Shown here piece after piece: positions 61,792 through 64,000 of a DNA stretch of 64,000 bases; the first letter of the stretch is position 1; each line of letters starts with the position of its first letter. The notes beneath the pieces were generated by a model. It was not told the DNA's origin. It did not search any database and worked only from the letters and a program-made list of their open reading frames with translations. This DNA is from an uncultured Desulfatitalea sp. (lineage in GTDB: Bacteria; Desulfobacterota; Desulfobacteria; Desulfobacterales; Desulfosarcinaceae): assembly GCA_963668675.2 (NCBI GenBank), contig CAXXMB010000002.1, forward strand, positions 256,001 to 320,000. The letters run 5' to 3'. The translations under genes and the position numbers were made by a program.

Positions 61792-63998
61792 CAGGCTATC
61801 CTTTCGAGCAATCCTTCAAGTTTGGCCAAAATCGGTTCGTCTTCAAAGCACGACAGCTGAATCGCCTTGGCCGGGCATTCGGCCGCGCAGATACCGCATC
61901 CGTGACACTTGGCAGGATCGATTTCCGAATAACGGTCTTCATTGATAAACGGTACATTGTAGGGACACGCACGCACGCAGGCCAGACAGGTGGCGCACTT
62001 TTCCGGTTCTACACGGGCTACCACCGCCCCCAGATTGATCGTATCCTGGGCCAGCATGGCCTGGACACGGGCCGCTGTGGCCTGGGCCTGGGCGATGCTC
62101 TCGCGGATACTGCGCGGGGAGTGGGCTGTGCCGGCCACGAAGAATCCCGGCACCGACATGTCCACCGGTTTGAGCTTCACATGATCTTCGAGGAACTGTC
62201 CGTCTTCCGTTCGGTTCAGATGGAAGATGGCCGACAGATCTTCGGTGCTTTCGTCGTCGGGCAGCAAACCGGTGCTCAGCACCAGCCGGTCGGCCGTCAC
62301 TTCGACCTGGCGTCCTAAAACAGGATCGGTAAACTTCACCGCCACCTTATCCCCGGCCGCTTCCACCTCGGGAAGTGCATCGGTTTCATAACGAACGAAA
62401 ATGACCCCTCGGCGACGGGCCTCGATGTAAGCATCCTCGCTGAAACCGTAAGTACGCATATCGCGATAGAGAACGAAAATCTGCATCCCGGGGTTAAGGT
62501 CCAACAGCCGCAAGGCGTTCTTCATGGCCGTCTGGCAGCAGATACGGGAGCAGTTGGGGTTTTCCGGTATTCTGGAACCCACGCACTGAATCATCACCAG
62601 ACTCTCCCACGCTTCGATGGGTGCCGGAGTGTCTTCGATGAAATTGTCCAGATCGAGTTGGGTCATCACCGCCTGATGCTGATCGAGCAGGTACTGGCTG
62701 GGCCGGTTGGCCAATGCACCGGTGGCCATCACAGTGGCACCGTGTTCGATCTGGCGGTAGTACATCCGGGGGCCGATCTGAAAACCGGTGGTGAACTTGC
62801 CTGGCATACCCCCATGGTCGACCACGATGGCGTTGGTGATCACCTCGATCATATCGTGGCCGTTGACCTGCTCGATGAGCTGTTCGATATAGGCACGCAC
62901 ATCGTCACCCTCCAAGGTGCGCCGCACCACGGCAGCCAGGCCGCCAAGGCGGCCGTTGCGTTCGGCCAGCACCACCTTGAAGCCCTGATCGGCCATCTCC
63001 AGGGCGGCATTCATGCCCGAGACACCGCCGCCGACCACCAGCACATCCTTGTTCATGGGCAACTGATGATCTTTGAGCGGTCCGGACTTGGCCACACTGG
63101 CAGCAGCCATGCGGACCAATTGCTTGGCCTTGGCCGTGGCCAGCTCAGGGGCACCGGCGTGTACCCAGGCATCTTGATCGCGAATGTTGGCGATCTCGAC
63201 CAGGTATTTGTTCAATCCGGCCTTGCGGATGGTCTCCTGAAACAAGGCTTCGTGGGTGCGCGGCGAACAGGCGCCGACCACCACGCGGTTGAGGTTCTTC
63301 TCCTTGATGGCCTCCTGCATTAGAACCAACGCCTCGCTGCCGCAACCATGGCCTGACATCTCGGCATGCACCACGTTGGGATATTTAGCTATATCGGCCA
63401 CGACCGCAGCTACATCGATAACGCCGCCAATGTTCTGGCCGCAATCGCAAACGAACACACCGATGCGCGGCTCTTCTCCGGCCACATCCTTTTCAGGCGG
63501 CAGGTCGTCAACAGGCGCAGCGGCTTCGTTTGTTTTGGCGGGCAGGTGCTTGGCGGCCATGCAGGCAGCCGCACTCGCCTGAACCATGGTTTCGGGAATA
63601 TCTTTCGGGCTCTCGAACACACCGCACACATAGACGCCCGGACGGTTGGTGGTCACAGGCTGAAAGCTTTCTGTCTTGGCAAAGCGGTGAGGGTTGAGCT
63701 CGACGCCCAGGGTTTCGGCCAACTGGGTGGTCTGCTCGGACGGTCGGAACCCCGTGGAGAGCACCACCATATCGAAGGTTTCGGTAATCATGCCCGACGC
63801 CTCTTCGGTGGCGTACGAGATGAGCAGGTCATCGCTCCCCTTTTCGGGAATGATGCTGTGGGGACGACAGCGGACCATACGGATACTGTAATCATCCTTG
63901 GCACGCTGATAGTAACCCTCGTAATCCTTGCCGAAGGTGCGCATGTCCATGTAGAAAATGGTTGTCTCGATGTCGTCCTGAAAGCGCTCCTTTGTCAC
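61791..63998 (-). CDS. hdrA: Heterodisulfide reductase subunit A-like flavoprotein, 5'-truncated by window edge
   Basis: FVCDCG.NI, ACSPRTHE, ANIRDQ, VGGGVSG, IQCVGSR, CSRICC, two C-terminal 4Fe-4S motifs; tail of an upstream HdrA-like module precedes them. Confidence 0.92.
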   Translation of the reverse strand: MTKERFQDDIETTIFYMDMRTFGKDYEGYYQRAKDDYSIRMVRCRPHSIIPEKGSDDLLISYATEEASGMITETFDMVVLSTGFRPSEQTTQLAETLGVELNPHRFAKTESFQPVTTNRPGVYVCGVFESPKDIPETMVQASAAACMAAKHLPAKTNEAAAPVDDLPPEKDVAGEEPRIGVFVCDCGQNIGGVIDVAAVVADIAKYPNVVHAEMSGHGCGSEALVLMQEAIKEKNLNRVVVGACSPRTHEALFQETIRKAGLNKYLVEIANIRDQDAWVHAGAPELATAKAKQLVRMAAASVAKSGPLKDHQLPMNKDVLVVGGGVSGMNAALEMADQGFKVVLAERNGRLGGLAAVVRRTLEGDDVRAYIEQLIEQVNGHDMIEVITNAIVVDHGGMPGKFTTGFQIGPRMYYRQIEHGATVMATGALANRPSQYLLDQHQAVMTQLDLDNFIEDTPAPIEAWESLVMIQCVGSRIPENPNCSRICCQTAMKNALRLLDLNPGMQIFVLYRDMRTYGFSEDAYIEARRRGVIFVRYETDALPEVEAAGDKVAVKFTDPVLGRQVEVTADRLVLSTGLLPDDESTEDLSAIFHLNRTEDGQFLEDHVKLKPVDMSVPGFFVAGTAHSPRSIRESIAQAQATAARVQAMLAQDTINLGAVVARVEPEKCATCLACVRACPYNVPFINEDRYSEIDPAKCHGCGICAAECPAKAIQLSCFEDEPILAKLEGLLERIA

Positions 63999-64000
63999 GA

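Noticed and set aside
61345..63998. Selenocysteine recoding in MvhD/HdrA
   Set aside because: No in-frame TGA within the visible coding regions; Cys is present at the motif positions

Overview
A mostly core-genome window from what looks like an anaerobic, sulfate-reducer-type deltaproteobacterium (Desulfobacterales-like gene content; taxonomy inferred, not proven). (1) 1-7.2 kb: the end of a co-oriented accessory cluster resembling a contractile-injection (T6SS-type) cargo array. It holds an N-terminally truncated unknown ORF, a PQQ-like propeller, a lipoprotein, a DcrB/DUF1795-like chaperone, a protein ending in a transthyretin-like adaptor-type domain, a 728-aa amidohydrolase with a large insertion, and an exported putative immunity protein. 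(2) 7.3-45 kb: radical SAM gene, amidohydrolase, cinA, tRNA-Cys/Gly, pgsA, tal/fsa, folK, dapF, lysA, argH/G/D/B (no argF), hslUV, xerC, a Rho-N protein, slipin/nfeD, udg, coaBC, ftsB-like, murJ, rpsT, lptE, leuS, rne/rng, yajC-secDF, dprA, topA. (3) 45-55 kb: two hybrid PAS kinases, an FrhB-like protein, an alpha/beta hydrolase, a decayed GGDEF gene with an in-frame 126-bp MITE, and a NUDIX gene. (4) 55-64 kb: hdrA-mvhD-metV-metF followed by a receiver protein, two ACT-like proteins and two kinases. The best candidate for an undescribed system is the putative amidohydrolase effector/immunity module. All functional calls come from motif recognition by eye; no searches were run.
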